In this document: positions 63,497 to 64,000 of the stretch, in pieces
Position numbering within the stretch: position 1 is the stretch's first letter
How the letters are laid out: every line of letters starts with the position of its first letter
Origin: an uncultured Actinomycetota bacterium
GTDB lineage: Bacteria; Actinomycetota; Actinomycetes; Propionibacteriales; Propionibacteriaceae
Assembly (NCBI GenBank): GCA_963730505.1
Contig: CAVSSB010000031.1
Span: 26,120-90,119, forward strand
Length of the DNA: 64,000 bases
Direction: 5' to 3'
Made by a program: the position numbers and the translations under genes
The notes under the pieces: generated by a model
Seen by the model: the letters and a program-made list of their open reading frames with translations, nothing else
Databases searched by the model: none
Told to the model about the DNA's origin: nothing

Positions 63497-63681
63497 GGTT
63501 CCGGCGTCCTTCTCCGACGTTGTCTCCGCAGATCCCAGACGCCGTTACCCGGCCCCCCGATGCTGCGCTGTGTCGCGGCCTAAACAATAGCGCAATATCT
63601 TGGACTAGAACGCTGTGCAATGCTACGTTTGGCGTGTCAGGCCCCATTTCACGCGTAAATCACGGTGAAACAGCTAGATGC

Positions 63682-64000
63682 TCAGTCCAGATAGTCCCGC
63701 AACACCTGCGACCGGGATGGGTGCCGCAGCTTGCTCATGGTCTTGGACTCAATCTGGCGGATGCGCTCCCGGGTGACCCCATACACCTTGCCGATCTCAT
63801 CCAGGGTCTTGGGCTGGCCGTCGGTCAATCCGAAGCGCATCGACACCACTCCGGCTTCGCGCTCACTGAGAGTGTCCAATACGTCGTGTAACTGCTCCTG
63901 CAAAAGGGTGAAGCTCACCGCATCTGCCGGAACGACGGCCTCCGAATCCTCGATCAAATCTCCGAACTCAGAGTCACCGTCTTCGCCGAGCGGTGTATGC
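63682..64000 (-). CDS. sigA: Principal RNA polymerase sigma factor, 3' end (partial, runs off window)
   Basis: Region 4: [62 protein letters not shown]. Confidence 0.95.
   Translation of the reverse strand, partial: HTPLGEDGDSEFGDLIEDSEAVVPADAVSFTLLQEQLHDVLDTLSEREAGVVSMRFGLTDGQPKTLDEIGKVYGVTRERIRQIESKTMSKLRHPSRSQVLRDYLD
63684..63701. repeat. att core direct repeat, sigA-side junction
   Basis: AGTCCAGATAGTCCCGCA; followed on the minus strand by an element-supplied TGA. Confidence 0.93.

Larger units (their letters stand above)
53378..63701. mobile_element. Integrated PICI-like phage satellite (10,306-bp circle) inserted in the sigA 3' end
   Basis: 18-bp terminal direct repeats, tyrosine integrase, primase-helicase plus iteron ori, terminase small subunit; no capsid, TerL or conjugation genes seen. 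Confidence 0.85.

Noticed and set aside
53378-63701. Complete prophage or AICE
   Set aside because: No capsid, portal, TerL, tail or lysis genes; no FtsK/SpoIIIE Tra, relaxase or rolling-circle Rep

Overview
High-GC actinobacterial chromosome segment. Gene order and protein style suggest Propionibacteriales, Microlunatus-like (inference). Bases 1-53.3 kb are mostly conserved housekeeping genes: fadA/fadB, dxs, acnA, a K+ transport and dut block, hemH, rml genes, sepH, glpK-glpX-glpD and topoisomerase IV subunits. This part also holds an oleA-oleBC-oleD hydrocarbon/beta-lactone cluster and a thymidine kinase reduced to 60 aa by an in-frame internal deletion. Bases 53378-63701 are a 10.3 kb integrative element bounded by an exact 18-bp direct repeat that duplicates the last codons of sigA (principal sigma factor). 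It encodes a tyrosine integrase, a primase-helicase followed by an iteron and palindrome origin, and a lone phage-type terminase small subunit. No capsid, portal, large terminase or conjugation genes are seen, so it looks like a PICI-like phage satellite. Its cargo includes a stand-alone PIN-like gene, three pairs of internal paralogs, five microproteins missing from or hidden in the ORF track, and a candidate structured RNA. All family names come from my own motif recognition, not database searches.
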